This document shows positions 1 to 9,745 of a DNA stretch of 64,000 nt, piece by piece. The position numbers were made by a program, and so were the translations under genes. Under the pieces are notes generated by a model. It was not told the origin of the DNA, did not search any database, and worked only from the letters and a program-made list of their open reading frames with translations. Origin of the DNA: Oceanispirochaeta sp. (lineage in GTDB: Bacteria; Spirochaetota; Spirochaetia; DSM-2461); assembly GCA_963666275.2 (NCBI GenBank), contig CAXXOA010000002.1:608001-672000 (forward strand), written 5' to 3'. The first letter of the stretch is position 1; every line of letters starts with the position of its first letter.

Positions 1-586
1 CCTGAAGTTCTCCCGCGGGGATCTCTCTTTTGGTGTCCCACTGAAAATCCCTGAGGGATGTCTCTTCAATATGGACTCTTTTGCGGGTGAGCTCCGCCAT
101 GTTGAGTCTGAAGGCGGCCGAACCTGTTTCGATCAGATTCCGGGACAGATCTTTTGAGTCTGCGATCTGGAGGGAGTCATAGGAAAAAATACCCTTCAGA
201 AGGGATAACTGGGGATTTTCAATGGTGGATTCGGCCTGAAAAACCCTTTCCATTCCCATTTCAAGCAGAGATTTGAGGGCTTTGTCCTTGAAAAAAAGGT
301 TGAAAACCAAAGCTCCGCCCACCAGAACCAGAAGGATTACAGCCTTCCATGTGGATACCATACCCTTATTCTTTTTGATTGATTTAGCGAGACCCTCCAG
401 TTTTTTCCGGGTTTCCTCGGGAATGTCCACCCGGATCTGAAGTTTGCCTTTCTCGTCCGGCAGAAAGAGGGATTCCACCAGCTCTCTGTCTTTGGGAATG
501 TGGATCCGTTTGAGGATCTTCTTCCTGAATTTCTTTGGAGAATATTTTTTTCTGAAGAGTTTGGGATTTTTTTTCTGTTTTTTCAT
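1..586 (-). CDS. TIGR03545-like membrane-anchored protein, 5' part (runs off window start)
   Basis: ATG at 586 opens MKKQKKNPKLFRKKYSPKKF..., basic N-terminus then a TM segment; lies directly downstream of the TIGR03546-like gene, the usual pairing. Confidence 0.6.
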   Translation of the reverse strand, partial: MKKQKKNPKLFRKKYSPKKFRKKILKRIHIPKDRELVESLFLPDEKGKLQIRVDIPEETRKKLEGLAKSIKKNKGMVSTWKAVILLVLVGGALVFNLFFKDKALKSLLEMGMERVFQAESTIENPQLSLLKGIFSYDSLQIADSKDLSRNLIETGSAAFRLNMAELTRKRVHIEETSLRDFQWDTKREIPAGELQ

Positions 587-604
587 TTCATCAGTTCCTT
601 TGGA

Positions 605-1129
605 TCAGGCAAATGCAGAGGCTTTCCGAACAGCCTTCGTCAGTTTAGAAATAAGAGGGATCTTCTTGAGACTTTTGATCACCTTGTTTTCCGCCAGCCT
701 GGGGGCAATGGTTTTTCGGTAGACTTTCACAAGCTGAAGAAAGAGAAAGAACACTGGTATCCAGAGAATGATGCCTGAAAGAAAACCACCCATGACAACA
801 GTATTGTTGAAACTGCTGTAGGGGACGATCGGAGTGTTGTAGAGGCCTGTGAAAAAGTCCTGAAAAGAGGGGCTTTCCAGAACCCTGGATCCCAGTCTAT
901 CCAGGAGGGAATCCGTTAAAGGGGTTACCAGGCGGAAGAGTCCCATACTCAGTAGCAGGGCCGCCAGGTTGTGTTTCAGGAGAAACGCCAGTATGAACAG
1001 GACTGTCCATAAAAGGTTTCCTCCTGGAATGAGAGCCAGCCAGAAGCCGAAGGCTATACCCGAGGCCAGTTCGGACGGTCTGGAGTTACTGTTCAGAGCA
1101 ACAACCAGTTTGGCTATAAATGAAATCAT
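605..1129 (-). CDS. TIGR03546-like membrane protein
   Basis: 174 aa hydrophobic; LNSNSRPSELA..G and FNNTVVMGG motifs. Confidence 0.75.
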   Translation of the reverse strand: MISFIAKLVVALNSNSRPSELASGIAFGFWLALIPGGNLLWTVLFILAFLLKHNLAALLLSMGLFRLVTPLTDSLLDRLGSRVLESPSFQDFFTGLYNTPIVPYSSFNNTVVMGGFLSGIILWIPVFFLFLQLVKVYRKTIAPRLAENKVIKSLKKIPLISKLTKAVRKASAFA

Positions 1130-1249
1130 GGATCCTCCAAAATCTTTATGGTGTTATAAGAAAAAAACTGGAATTACAGTAATGGTGGAAATACAATACT
1201 GATTAATATTATAGTATTCTTATTCATTATTACTAAGTATAGAAGTTAT

Positions 1250-3118
1250 TTGAGTAAAAAAAAGAGGAATCCTGTGTTAAAAAAGAGTGGTTGTGTATTA
1301 AGTTTGTGCATTTTTATTGTTCCCCAGATTCTTATGGCATTTGTTCTGAGATACCTGGGAATTTTTTCTATTGAGGAGTTCAGGATTCTGGTCTATTCCC
1401 CGGTTACATGGGGTATAGTTCTTATCGTTCCGGCTCTCTACTTCTATATTTTCCGAAAAATGGTTTCTTCCATCATACAGTGGAAAAAAGACCCCTCCTC
1501 TGTTTCGCTGGACAAAGTGAGTAAAGCCGTTGTTTCCGTACCGAAATATGTCCTTATCAGCGGAGCTGTCTATGGCATGATACTGCCTCAGGTTATCACC
1601 CTTCTTCATCCGGAGATCCCCATGAATGTAAGGCTGGATCTCTCTCTCATCGGTTATGCCAGTATTATGTTTTTCGGCATTCCCTTCTACATTCCTTTCA
1701 TTCGGCATTTCGAGATCTGGAGCGATGATGTTCCCTTCCGGAAGAATTTTATGTCCATGACCATTCCTGTGAGAACAAACCTTGTGGTTTTTTTCCTTTT
1801 CACTTCCATACTTCTGACTGTCAGGATGGGGATCAAATACCAGATGCTGAATGCAGTGTCCCTTGAGGATATACAGGCCTCACTGCAGGGAAAGCTTCTC
1901 CCTATGGAGCTCATCGGCGTTGCCATGGGTCTTTACAGTATTTCCATGCTGATGAAAGGGATCAACCACAGAATCCATCAGTGTCAGCAGTATACGGAAG
2001 TTCTTGCCTCTGGAGACTTCACAGGGCACAAAAGCCCCTGTATTTCCCGGGATGAGCTGGGGGATCTTTTTGAAAGTCTCAATATGGTGCTTCTCAATAA
2101 TGCGGAGCTTCTCCGCGGTCTGGATGATCCCGTCAAGAAGACTATGAATTCCAAGGATGCCGTTCTCAATGTCTCTATGGATACCTCTTCTTCCATTGAG
2201 CAGATTTCCCGGAATATTCAGAGTGTAAACAGCAGAATGGACGAACTGAACAGCCATGTGCAGAGCTCTCTGGAGTCGACCAATCATCTGAGTCAGAATA
2301 TTTCCCACCTGGGAAGCAGCGTGCTGGAGCAGAATGAAATGGTTGAGGACTCCTCCGGAGCGATCGAGGAGATCACAAGCTCCATCGACAGTCTGACGAA
2401 TGTGGCCCACGGAAAAATTCACAGTGCGGAGAAACTGACCCTTATTGCCGATGAGGGCAAGGAAAAGCTCGATAATACGGTAGAGAAGATCAACCGGATT
2501 AATGAAAACGTAGAGAACATCCGGGAGATCCTTTCTCTGATTCAGAATATTTCAGCCCGGACAAATCTGCTGGCTATGAATGCGGCCATTGAAGCCGCCC
2601 ATGCGGGAGATGCGGGGCGGGGTTTTGCCGTGGTGGCCGATGAGATCAGGAAACTGGCGGAGACATCCTCAAACAGCTCCAGGCAGATTAATGACAACAT
2701 CGGAAATATTATCGCTGTGATTCAGGAGACTTCCGAAGCCGGAGGGGAAGCCATACAGAGCTTCAATGAGATCACCACGGAAATCAGGGGAATGATAAAC
2801 TCCTTCCGTGAGATAAATTCCGGTCTGGGAGAGCTGAAGAACGGAAGCTCCCTCATTCTGGATTCTGTGACGAGTCTGAAAAATATATCTACCGATGTGA
2901 AAACCCGGTCGGACGATATGAACACAATGACAAGCAGCGTCAACAACTCCCTGGACAAGCTGCACGAGATCTTTATGGATACAACCAAAGCAGCTCAGGA
3001 GATGCATCAGGGGTCGGAAGATGTCAAAGTGGTGGTTGAGATGCTTAAAGGTCAGAGTCGGGTTCTGGATGAAGCTTCAAGCAAGATTGTAGAAGGTCTG
3101 GGGAAATTCCGCTTCTGA
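1250..3118 (+). CDS. Methyl-accepting chemotaxis protein
   Basis: Multiple TMs, HAMP-like SRDELGDL, signalling motif [35 protein letters not shown]; start uncertain. Confidence 0.93.
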   Translation: MSKKKRNPVLKKSGCVLSLCIFIVPQILMAFVLRYLGIFSIEEFRILVYSPVTWGIVLIVPALYFYIFRKMVSSIIQWKKDPSSVSLDKVSKAVVSVPKYVLISGAVYGMILPQVITLLHPEIPMNVRLDLSLIGYASIMFFGIPFYIPFIRHFEIWSDDVPFRKNFMSMTIPVRTNLVVFFLFTSILLTVRMGIKYQMLNAVSLEDIQASLQGKLLPMELIGVAMGLYSISMLMKGINHRIHQCQQYTEVLASGDFTGHKSPCISRDELGDLFESLNMVLLNNAELLRGLDDPVKKTMNSKDAVLNVSMDTSSSIEQISRNIQSVNSRMDELNSHVQSSLESTNHLSQNISHLGSSVLEQNEMVEDSSGAIEEITSSIDSLTNVAHGKIHSAEKLTLIADEGKEKLDNTVEKINRINENVENIREILSLIQNISARTNLLAMNAAIEAAHAGDAGRGFAVVADEIRKLAETSSNSSRQINDNIGNIIAVIQETSEAGGEAIQSFNEITTEIRGMINSFREINSGLGELKNGSSLILDSVTSLKNISTDVKTRSDDMNTMTSSVNNSLDKLHEIFMDTTKAAQEMHQGSEDVKVVVEMLKGQSRVLDEASSKIVEGLGKFRF

Positions 3119-3140
3119 GAGGTGAAAGAACAGGTATCTG

Positions 3141-3758
3141 TCACTGATAGATACCGTTCTTCAGAATAGAAATATAGAAGTCCCAGTTGTTCATGTAGTT
3201 ATCATGGATCGTCTGAATATCCTGATCCTTGCTGAGCTCCTCCATGAACTCCTGTCTGGTCTTCAGCAGAAGCCAGGAAAACAGGTCCAGTATCTTTTCT
3301 TTGGGGAAGTTCAGGCGGGATTCATCCACATCCCCGAAAATATCCAGGAACTGACTGGCAAAGTAGTTATGGATCTGCCGGGAAATTTCCTTTTCTGTTA
3401 TCTGTTGTGTTTTTGTGATCAGTGAGATGAAACCCGGATGGATCAGATAAAAATCGATGGCAAAGCTGGAGACAAGGAGAATCCTTTCCAGGATATCTTT
3501 CGGGAAGTTCTGATGGTCTGCCCTGATCCTCTCTTTGAGATAGTCATAAAGTTCGCTATAGGAGTGTTCCACAATAAAAAGGAACAGCTCCTTTTTACTG
3601 CTTATATATTCGTAGAGTCCTCCCTTGGATATGCCGGCTTTTTTGATGATCCTGTCGGTTGAACTCTTTTCATATCCCCAGGTACTGAATTCTTCTATAC
3701 AGGCCTGGATAATCTTTTCTCTTTTTTCAGGAGATATTCTGGCAAATGCCTTTTTCAT
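3141..3758 (-). CDS. TetR/AcrR family regulator
   Basis: N-terminal HTH IIKKAGISKGGLYEY. Confidence 0.9.
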   Translation of the reverse strand: MKKAFARISPEKREKIIQACIEEFSTWGYEKSSTDRIIKKAGISKGGLYEYISSKKELFLFIVEHSYSELYDYLKERIRADHQNFPKDILERILLVSSFAIDFYLIHPGFISLITKTQQITEKEISRQIHNYFASQFLDIFGDVDESRLNFPKEKILDLFSWLLLKTRQEFMEELSKDQDIQTIHDNYMNNWDFYISILKNGIYQ

Positions 3759-3801
3759 ATTAAGGATGTTAAAGGAAGTTCAGGAAAATGACAAACAGAT
3801 T

Positions 3802-3984
3802 TTACAGCAGCCCCTGGAGAGTCTCTCCATAGCAGCTGTCCTGCCGGGGTTCCTCCGAATTTTCCGGGGTTTCCCTTTTGCCTTTTCTGGTGATTCTGTT
3901 TTCAAGGCTGAAGGCAAAGGTTATAAGAAACGTTAAGAGGATCATGAGGAAGGCCAGAGTTATGAATATACCCGCATAGGTCAT
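3802..3984 (-). CDS. Small single-TM hypothetical protein
   Basis: 60 aa, hydrophobic N-terminus, GGAGG RBS upstream. Confidence 0.45.
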   Translation of the reverse strand: MTYAGIFITLAFLMILLTFLITFAFSLENRITRKGKRETPENSEEPRQDSCYGETLQGLL

Positions 3985-4110
3985 AGATGATCCTCCGAAT
4001 AGCCGCTGTCAAAAACGGTTTTAATAATTATCGGTCGTTTTTTTCAATTTGAGAAGCTTTTTTTTAAAGCCCCTCCGCATCCTTTCGGAATAAAGAGGGG
4101 CAGTATAAAA

Positions 4111-5700
4111 TCAGGCTATTCCCTTGAAGCTTTTCTCAACAAGTTCCGTATTTTCAACCCTGGTGATCAGGCTCACCGCGATTGTGAATACGATGGAAAC
4201 GGGAAGGCCCAGAACCATGGGGTCAACAGAAGGCCAGGCTCCTCCGAGAAGGGTTGTCCTTCCGAAGAGGGCTTCACAGAGTCCGAAGACAGCTGCTTCT
4301 GAACCATGAAGAAACAGGAAGCCGAAAACTGTCACTGAAAGGCCCGATATGATCCCCGCAATGGCTCCTTTCCTTGTGAGCCTTTTCCAGTAGAGGGAGG
4401 CAAAGTAGGGCGCCAGGAAGCTGGAGGCCATGAGGCCGAAGAAGATTGCCGTTGCCCTGGCTATGATGCCCGACCCCATTTTGATTCCCAGAAGGACAGT
4501 CAGAAGAATACTGAACACAATCCCGATCCGGGTGATCAGGATCTCTTTCTGTTTCTTCTCCTTTGTCACATGGCCGGAGGAGTAGAAATCTCTTCCGATG
4601 GAAGTTCCGATGGCATGGAACTGGGAGCTGAGAGTCGACATTCCTGCAGAGAGGATGACAAGCATGAAAAGGTAGCCGAACCAGGAAGGCATGGCATCGG
4701 CGATAATCAGGGGTATCAGTTTGTCCGAGTTCCCTTCGGCGGCCTGAATCGCCAGGATCCCGGCATTGTTATGGTAGTAGACATTGGAAAGGGCTCCCAC
4801 AATAAAGGAGGTTCCCACGGTCATCATGATAAAGACAGCCCCGATGATGATGGCTCTGTTGAGCTCCTTATCGGATTTTACTGTCATATAGCGGACAACC
4901 AGCTGAGGCTGAGCCAGAACGCCGATTCCCACACCCAGGACCAGGGAGGAGTAGATGATCCACCAGAGGTTGCTTCCCGCTGCGGGAGAACTGGTCCAGC
5001 CCTGATGGCCTATGGCTTTCAGCCCCTCGGGTACCAGATCTTTCATCTCTGTGAGAGCTCTATGGGCTGTGCCCACCCCGCCCAGTTTGGCATAGATAAA
5101 AATGAGGAGGAAAAACATACCGAAAAACATCAGGGTTCCCTGGAGCGCATCGGTATACATAACCCCTTTCAGGCCTCCCATAATAACGTAGCAGGCCACC
5201 AGAACGGAAAAGATGATGACAGAATACATATAGGGTATTCCCAGAAGTCCTTCCAGAATCCTCGAGGCGCCGATAAGCACCGCCGCAGCATAGAGGGGCA
5301 TGAAAACAAATATTATAAGCCCCATGAAACGCTGGATAAAAGGGGATCCCAGGCGCCTTCCCAGAAGTTCAGGAAAGGTATGGGCATTCAGGTTCAGCCC
5401 CATTTTACGGGTTCTTTTTCCGAAGAACATAAAGGCGATCAGTACGCCCACGCCAACATTGCAGACAGCCAGCCAGAGAAGACTCATCCCGAAAAGAGCG
5501 GCTACGCCGCCGAATCCCACGATGGCCGAGGTGGAGATAAAGGTAGCTCCATAGGACATGGCCATAACAAAGGGATGGGTTTTCCTTCCTCCCAGCATGT
5601 AGTCGGCCGAGTTCTTTGTCTGGGAGAATCCTCTGTATCCCAGATAGGCTACCACAGAGAGGTAGAGCACGATGATCACCACAAGGAAGTACAAATTCAT
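4111..5700 (-). CDS. Sodium:solute symporter family protein
   Basis: ~13 TMs; DYMLGGR, ATFISTSAIVGFGG, GGLKGVMYTD motifs. Confidence 0.92.
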   Translation of the reverse strand: MNLYFLVVIIVLYLSVVAYLGYRGFSQTKNSADYMLGGRKTHPFVMAMSYGATFISTSAIVGFGGVAALFGMSLLWLAVCNVGVGVLIAFMFFGKRTRKMGLNLNAHTFPELLGRRLGSPFIQRFMGLIIFVFMPLYAAAVLIGASRILEGLLGIPYMYSVIIFSVLVACYVIMGGLKGVMYTDALQGTLMFFGMFFLLIFIYAKLGGVGTAHRALTEMKDLVPEGLKAIGHQGWTSSPAAGSNLWWIIYSSLVLGVGIGVLAQPQLVVRYMTVKSDKELNRAIIIGAVFIMMTVGTSFIVGALSNVYYHNNAGILAIQAAEGNSDKLIPLIIADAMPSWFGYLFMLVILSAGMSTLSSQFHAIGTSIGRDFYSSGHVTKEKKQKEILITRIGIVFSILLTVLLGIKMGSGIIARATAIFFGLMASSFLAPYFASLYWKRLTRKGAIAGIISGLSVTVFGFLFLHGSEAAVFGLCEALFGRTTLLGGAWPSVDPMVLGLPVSIVFTIAVSLITRVENTELVEKSFKGIA

Positions 5701-5891
5701 GATACAACACCTCCGTCCACTTCTTCTTCCAATTCAATTTCTTCTTTCATCCACTGTTTTTCTGTTTCCAGTTCCTCTTCAGTGGCTTCACCTTTGTTCC
5801 AGTTGACTATACCGTAGATCGCTGACATCAGGGTTGAAAGAATCAGCAACAGAAAAGCCATGGCTACCGAAGGATCGGGTATCCCGAACAT
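5697..5891 (-). CDS. Symporter small accessory membrane protein
   Basis: 64 aa, one TM ending YGIVNWNKG, overlaps the SSS start. Confidence 0.8.
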   Translation of the reverse strand: MFGIPDPSVAMAFLLLILSTLMSAIYGIVNWNKGEATEEELETEKQWMKEEIELEEEVDGGVVS

Positions 5892-5914
5892 AGAGCACTC
5901 CTCATTTTATAAAA

Positions 5915-5964
5915 CCGACTTGCAAGTCGGCAGCTGTTTTAGAAAAACCCGACCGGATGGTCGG
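5915..5964. promoter_or_regulatory. Two CCGAC-N6-GTCGG palindromes, putative TetR operators
   Basis: ccgacttgcaagtcgg (5915-5930) and ccgaccggatggtcgg (5949-5964) upstream of the symporter operon. Confidence 0.55.
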
Positions 5965-6022
5965 GGTAAGTCTTTAAACACAATAAAGGGAGTTTTAGAT
6001 TTTCGTCAACAAGAATTTCCTT

Positions 6023-6691
6023 TTAAAAACCAGTGGCGTGCCCGTAGGACTGGGAGTCCGGACCGGTGAGATTCATATAGTGGGTGGGCGGTTCGTAATA
6101 GGAGCTGCGGCTCATAATGCCGCGGGATATTGTGAAAGGATGTGTGGCCAGGGCTTTGAGGATCATCTCCCGGGAAAAATGATTGACGTTAAACAGGCAG
6201 ACCGAAACCATGCTTCTCCGGGGAACCACAGTATTAAGCTCTTCTTCAAAGGCTTCCATCTCTTCCAGGGGATGACTGCTGTCCAGCAGCCATGACATTT
6301 CTGTGACCATTCTCAGGTTCCTGTGATAATCCGCATGCTGTCTGGAGTAGAGGCCTTTCAGTGTACTGTCCAGACCGATAGTGGAAAAGGACCCTTCCGA
6401 GGAAAATATCTCATCGGCTCTGAGAATATTGATCCTGTCGGGATCCTGGATGTGAAGACGGAATTCGGGGCAGGACTTAACAAGATGCTTTTTGAAATCA
6501 TCCACCTGAGACCCGGAAATTCCGTATAGCAGATAATCGTCATCCTTCAGTCCGCGGCACATGAATCCGCTTAAGAAATGGTCCCGTTCCTCTTCGTTCT
6601 GGTAGAGGCAGGCTATATGGGACCCCCAGTGGCAGCGGGTATTTCTGTAGCCCAGCTTCATGGGCGTGAAGCCGCTGGTATCAGAACTCAT
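6023..6691 (-). CDS. MEDS-domain sensory protein
   Basis: GSHIACLY, LRMVTEMSW, E..LN, VCLF, LATHP motifs. Confidence 0.8.
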   Translation of the reverse strand: MSSDTSGFTPMKLGYRNTRCHWGSHIACLYQNEEERDHFLSGFMCRGLKDDDYLLYGISGSQVDDFKKHLVKSCPEFRLHIQDPDRINILRADEIFSSEGSFSTIGLDSTLKGLYSRQHADYHRNLRMVTEMSWLLDSSHPLEEMEAFEEELNTVVPRRSMVSVCLFNVNHFSREMILKALATHPFTISRGIMSRSSYYEPPTHYMNLTGPDSQSYGHATGF

Positions 6692-6987
6692 TCTTTACCT
6701 CCTTAAAAGGTTTAGGGCCCGGAAAACAGCTCTCCCCCTGTTCTCAGGGAACAGTTTCTCCGGGTTTGGATATAAAAAAACAAACCTAATTTGATTTGTA
6801 AAAACACTGAAGATGGCATGGATTAGCAGATATGATGTTGCGGGTATCTTTAAATGTAATTGATGGGAGAAACTATTTCCTCTGTATTTAACAGGTTTTT
6901 CCCGAAAATCGGGATTGGTTCCTGATTAAATGTTTAGTATTTTGTATGATACGGACAATCTATCCCCAATTTAAATTAAGGATTCCT

Positions 6988-7800
6988 ATGGCTTTCGAGA
7001 CGATTACCTGTTACGGCAAAAACTGTGACCATCCTCCGGTTCCTGAAACCCCGGCTCTGGATATTCAGGGACTGACCTTTCAGTATCCCGGGACTCTCCA
7101 TCCTGCTGTTCAGGATGTTTCTGTTTCCATCCAGCCGGGAGAGAAAGTGGCTCTTGTCGGCCCCAACGGAGCGGGAAAGTCCACCTTCATGAAGCTTATT
7201 GTGGGACTGGAGAATATTCAGCAGGGCGTTGTCAGCGTTTACGGCAACAGGGCCCACTCCTGCAAGCACCGGGTTGCCATGGTTCCCCAGAGATCTTCCG
7301 TTGACTGGTCCTTTCCCGTTACGGTCAGGCAGGTTGTTGCCATGGGCCGGTATGTGCATCTGGGCTGGTTCAAACGCCTCCGGGCGAAGGATCACGAAAA
7401 AGTCCAGCAGGCTCTTGAGACCATGGAGATCGCCGATCTGGCCGACAGGCAGGTGGGAGACCTTTCGGGAGGACAGCAGCAGAGGGTTATGCTTGCCAGA
7501 ACCCTGGCCCATGATGCGGATCTGCTGTTGATGGACGAACCCCTGAACCATGTGGATATAGCCACGCAGGAACTGATTTTTCATGTGATAGAGAAGATCT
7601 GTAAAAAGGGCAAGAGCGTCCTGATCAGCTCCCACGATCTGGGGCTGCTGACGGTCCATTTCAACAGAGCCCTGTTTCTGGATCATAAACTGAAAGCCGA
7701 CGGACCGATCAAAGAGGTTCTGACGGCGGAGAATATAGCCAGTGCCTACGGGTTCCGGTTTCATCAGACAAAGGAGTTGGGTCCATGGTTGAATGGCTGA
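6988..7800 (+). CDS. Mn/Zn ABC transporter ATP-binding protein
   Basis: GPNGAGKST, VPQRSSVDWSFP, LSGGQQQR; start chosen by RBS (ORF opens at 6946). Confidence 0.9.
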   Translation: MAFETITCYGKNCDHPPVPETPALDIQGLTFQYPGTLHPAVQDVSVSIQPGEKVALVGPNGAGKSTFMKLIVGLENIQQGVVSVYGNRAHSCKHRVAMVPQRSSVDWSFPVTVRQVVAMGRYVHLGWFKRLRAKDHEKVQQALETMEIADLADRQVGDLSGGQQQRVMLARTLAHDADLLLMDEPLNHVDIATQELIFHVIEKICKKGKSVLISSHDLGLLTVHFNRALFLDHKLKADGPIKEVLTAENIASAYGFRFHQTKELGPWLNG

Positions 7801-8600
7801 TTGAACCCTTAACATACGGTTTCTTTTTAAGAGGTCTGGCCGGAGGAGCCCTGGCGGCCCTGGCCTGCGGAATCCTCAGCGGTTTTATTGTCTGGAGAGG
7901 GATGGCTTTTATCGGAGACGCCCTGTCCCATTCTATCCTGCCGGGGATCGTCCTTGCCTATGCGCTGGGTGCCAACCTTCTGGTGGGGGCTCTTCTGTCC
8001 TCCATGGTGGCGGTGGCCGGGATCGGTCTGATCACAAGAAGGAACGGACTGAAAGAGGACTCTGCCATCGGAGTTATTTTTACAGGTTTCTTTGCCCTGG
8101 GAATCATGCTTCTCAGTAAAATTTCCACATCCCAGGATCTGAGTCATATCCTGTTCGGCAATATCCTTGGAATTTCCAATACGGATCTGATTATTATCAG
8201 CGGGATTGTCCTGCTGGTGATGGCAGGGGTTTTCTTTTTCTATAAGGAACTCCTCGTCACATCCTTCGACCCGGTTCATGCTGTGACCATCGGTCTCTCC
8301 CCGCTGCTGATCCACTACGGCCTGCTGGTTGTGGTGGCCCTGACCACAGTGGTCTCCATTCAGTCCGTGGGAGTGGTCCTGATCCTGGCTCTTCTTGTCA
8401 CCCCCGCCGCCTCGGCGTCCATGCTTGTCAAACAGCTCCCCCGGGTGATCGGCCTGGGATCTCTTTTTGCCGTGTTTGCCAGTGTCAGCGGTTTCTATGC
8501 CTCCTACTATCTGGACGTGGCTTCGGGGCCTTCCATTGTGATTATTCTGTCCCTGATTTTCCTGGTCTGTTTTGTAATAAGTCATATCCGGAACCGGTAA
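7785..8600 (+). CDS. Mn/Zn ABC transporter permease
   Basis: GDALSHSILPG, EDSAIG, ILFGNILG motifs. Confidence 0.92.
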   Translation: MVEWLIEPLTYGFFLRGLAGGALAALACGILSGFIVWRGMAFIGDALSHSILPGIVLAYALGANLLVGALLSSMVAVAGIGLITRRNGLKEDSAIGVIFTGFFALGIMLLSKISTSQDLSHILFGNILGISNTDLIIISGIVLLVMAGVFFFYKELLVTSFDPVHAVTIGLSPLLIHYGLLVVVALTTVVSIQSVGVVLILALLVTPAASASMLVKQLPRVIGLGSLFAVFASVSGFYASYYLDVASGPSIVIILSLIFLVCFVISHIRNR

Positions 8601-8706
8601 TTTTCTGTCCTCCCGGGGATGTCGGGGCGCAGTAAGAAAGTTTCTGCTTTAATTTAAACTAATTCAGAGTAATCTCTGTGAGAAACGATTATAATGGTAA
8701 TTAATC

Positions 8707-9729
8707 ATGAATTTCCGAAAGTTTCTGGGAGTTCTGTTTCTCCTCTCTCTGTTTCCGCATCGCTCCTTTCTGACAGCTCAGATCCTTGAAGCCGCCAATA
8801 TCAGGGTGCTCCTCCTGGTGGAGTATGACGGGGAAGAGGACAATGTCCCTCTCCAATCTGTCATAACGGATTCGGTTTCTCTGGAATTTACTATCCGAAA
8901 TCTTGATGTCCTGGTTGTGGAACCTGAGGATCTGGACGCTCTTTCCTCCGGTGATGAAGATCCTCTTGCCGCTCTGGAGCGCCGCAGCCGTTCCTCCTAT
9001 GTGATGCATGTTCTCTACAGCGTGGACAAGGGGAAGGTGGAACTCAAAACGGAGTGCCTCCGGATCAGTGACAGTTCTTCCCTTTTGAAGGAAACCTTTA
9101 AGGTCCCTGTCGGACTGTCTCTGGACGATGAGATACAGCAGGAGGTGAGCGGCTACATTGACAGGATAGAGGCTGATATCCAGGAGAATCCGGACCTCAT
9201 GACCTATTTAGTGTATGAGGAGGAAAAGGATTCTGCCCCCGCCTCTTTTCCCGTCCCCGGAATCACGACGACTTTTACCTTTTTTATGCCCCTGGGGGAA
9301 TCGATGGACTATCTGGGATACGGTATCAATCCGCGGATCAGGGCTCACTATCCTCTCCCTCTTTCTTTTGGAGAGATCGGATTCGGCTGGTCCGTTTCAG
9401 TCAATTCTGTATCGGCGGAAGGGGAACTGAACACGTCGCGGAATATTTTTACAAGCACTGGTCCGGATATCCTTCTGAAATGGAACTTCCTTGACCGGTA
9501 CTATCTCTATGCGGGCCTTTCCGGGGGAATGTGTATCTGGATGGTGAATAGAAACAGCGAAGGCTACCAGGGTGTTCTGCTCCCCGGCCTGATTGCCGAT
9601 GCAGGAGCCGGATGGGCCTATAATGACTGGATCCATCTTGTCCTCGGTGCGGACTATTCTCTCTATTTTGAAGAATCTCTGAATATTATGGGGATTTCTC
9701 CCTCTCTGGGAGTATATTTAAATTTATAA
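8707..9729 (+). CDS. Exported hypothetical protein with possible C-terminal beta-barrel
   Basis: Signal peptide; alternating aromatic beta strands ending in SLGVYLNL. Confidence 0.6.
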   Translation: MNFRKFLGVLFLLSLFPHRSFLTAQILEAANIRVLLLVEYDGEEDNVPLQSVITDSVSLEFTIRNLDVLVVEPEDLDALSSGDEDPLAALERRSRSSYVMHVLYSVDKGKVELKTECLRISDSSSLLKETFKVPVGLSLDDEIQQEVSGYIDRIEADIQENPDLMTYLVYEEEKDSAPASFPVPGITTTFTFFMPLGESMDYLGYGINPRIRAHYPLPLSFGEIGFGWSVSVNSVSAEGELNTSRNIFTSTGPDILLKWNFLDRYYLYAGLSGGMCIWMVNRNSEGYQGVLLPGLIADAGAGWAYNDWIHLVLGADYSLYFEESLNIMGISPSLGVYLNL

Positions 9730-9745
9730 GCAGAGGAAATGGAAT

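Noticed and set aside
4570..5817. 415-aa plus-strand ORF and similar long antisense ORFs (6976-7815, 7827-8585, 13739-14698, 16323-17282, 49639-50493)
   Set aside because: They are shadows of well-supported opposite-strand genes and have no recognisable motifs
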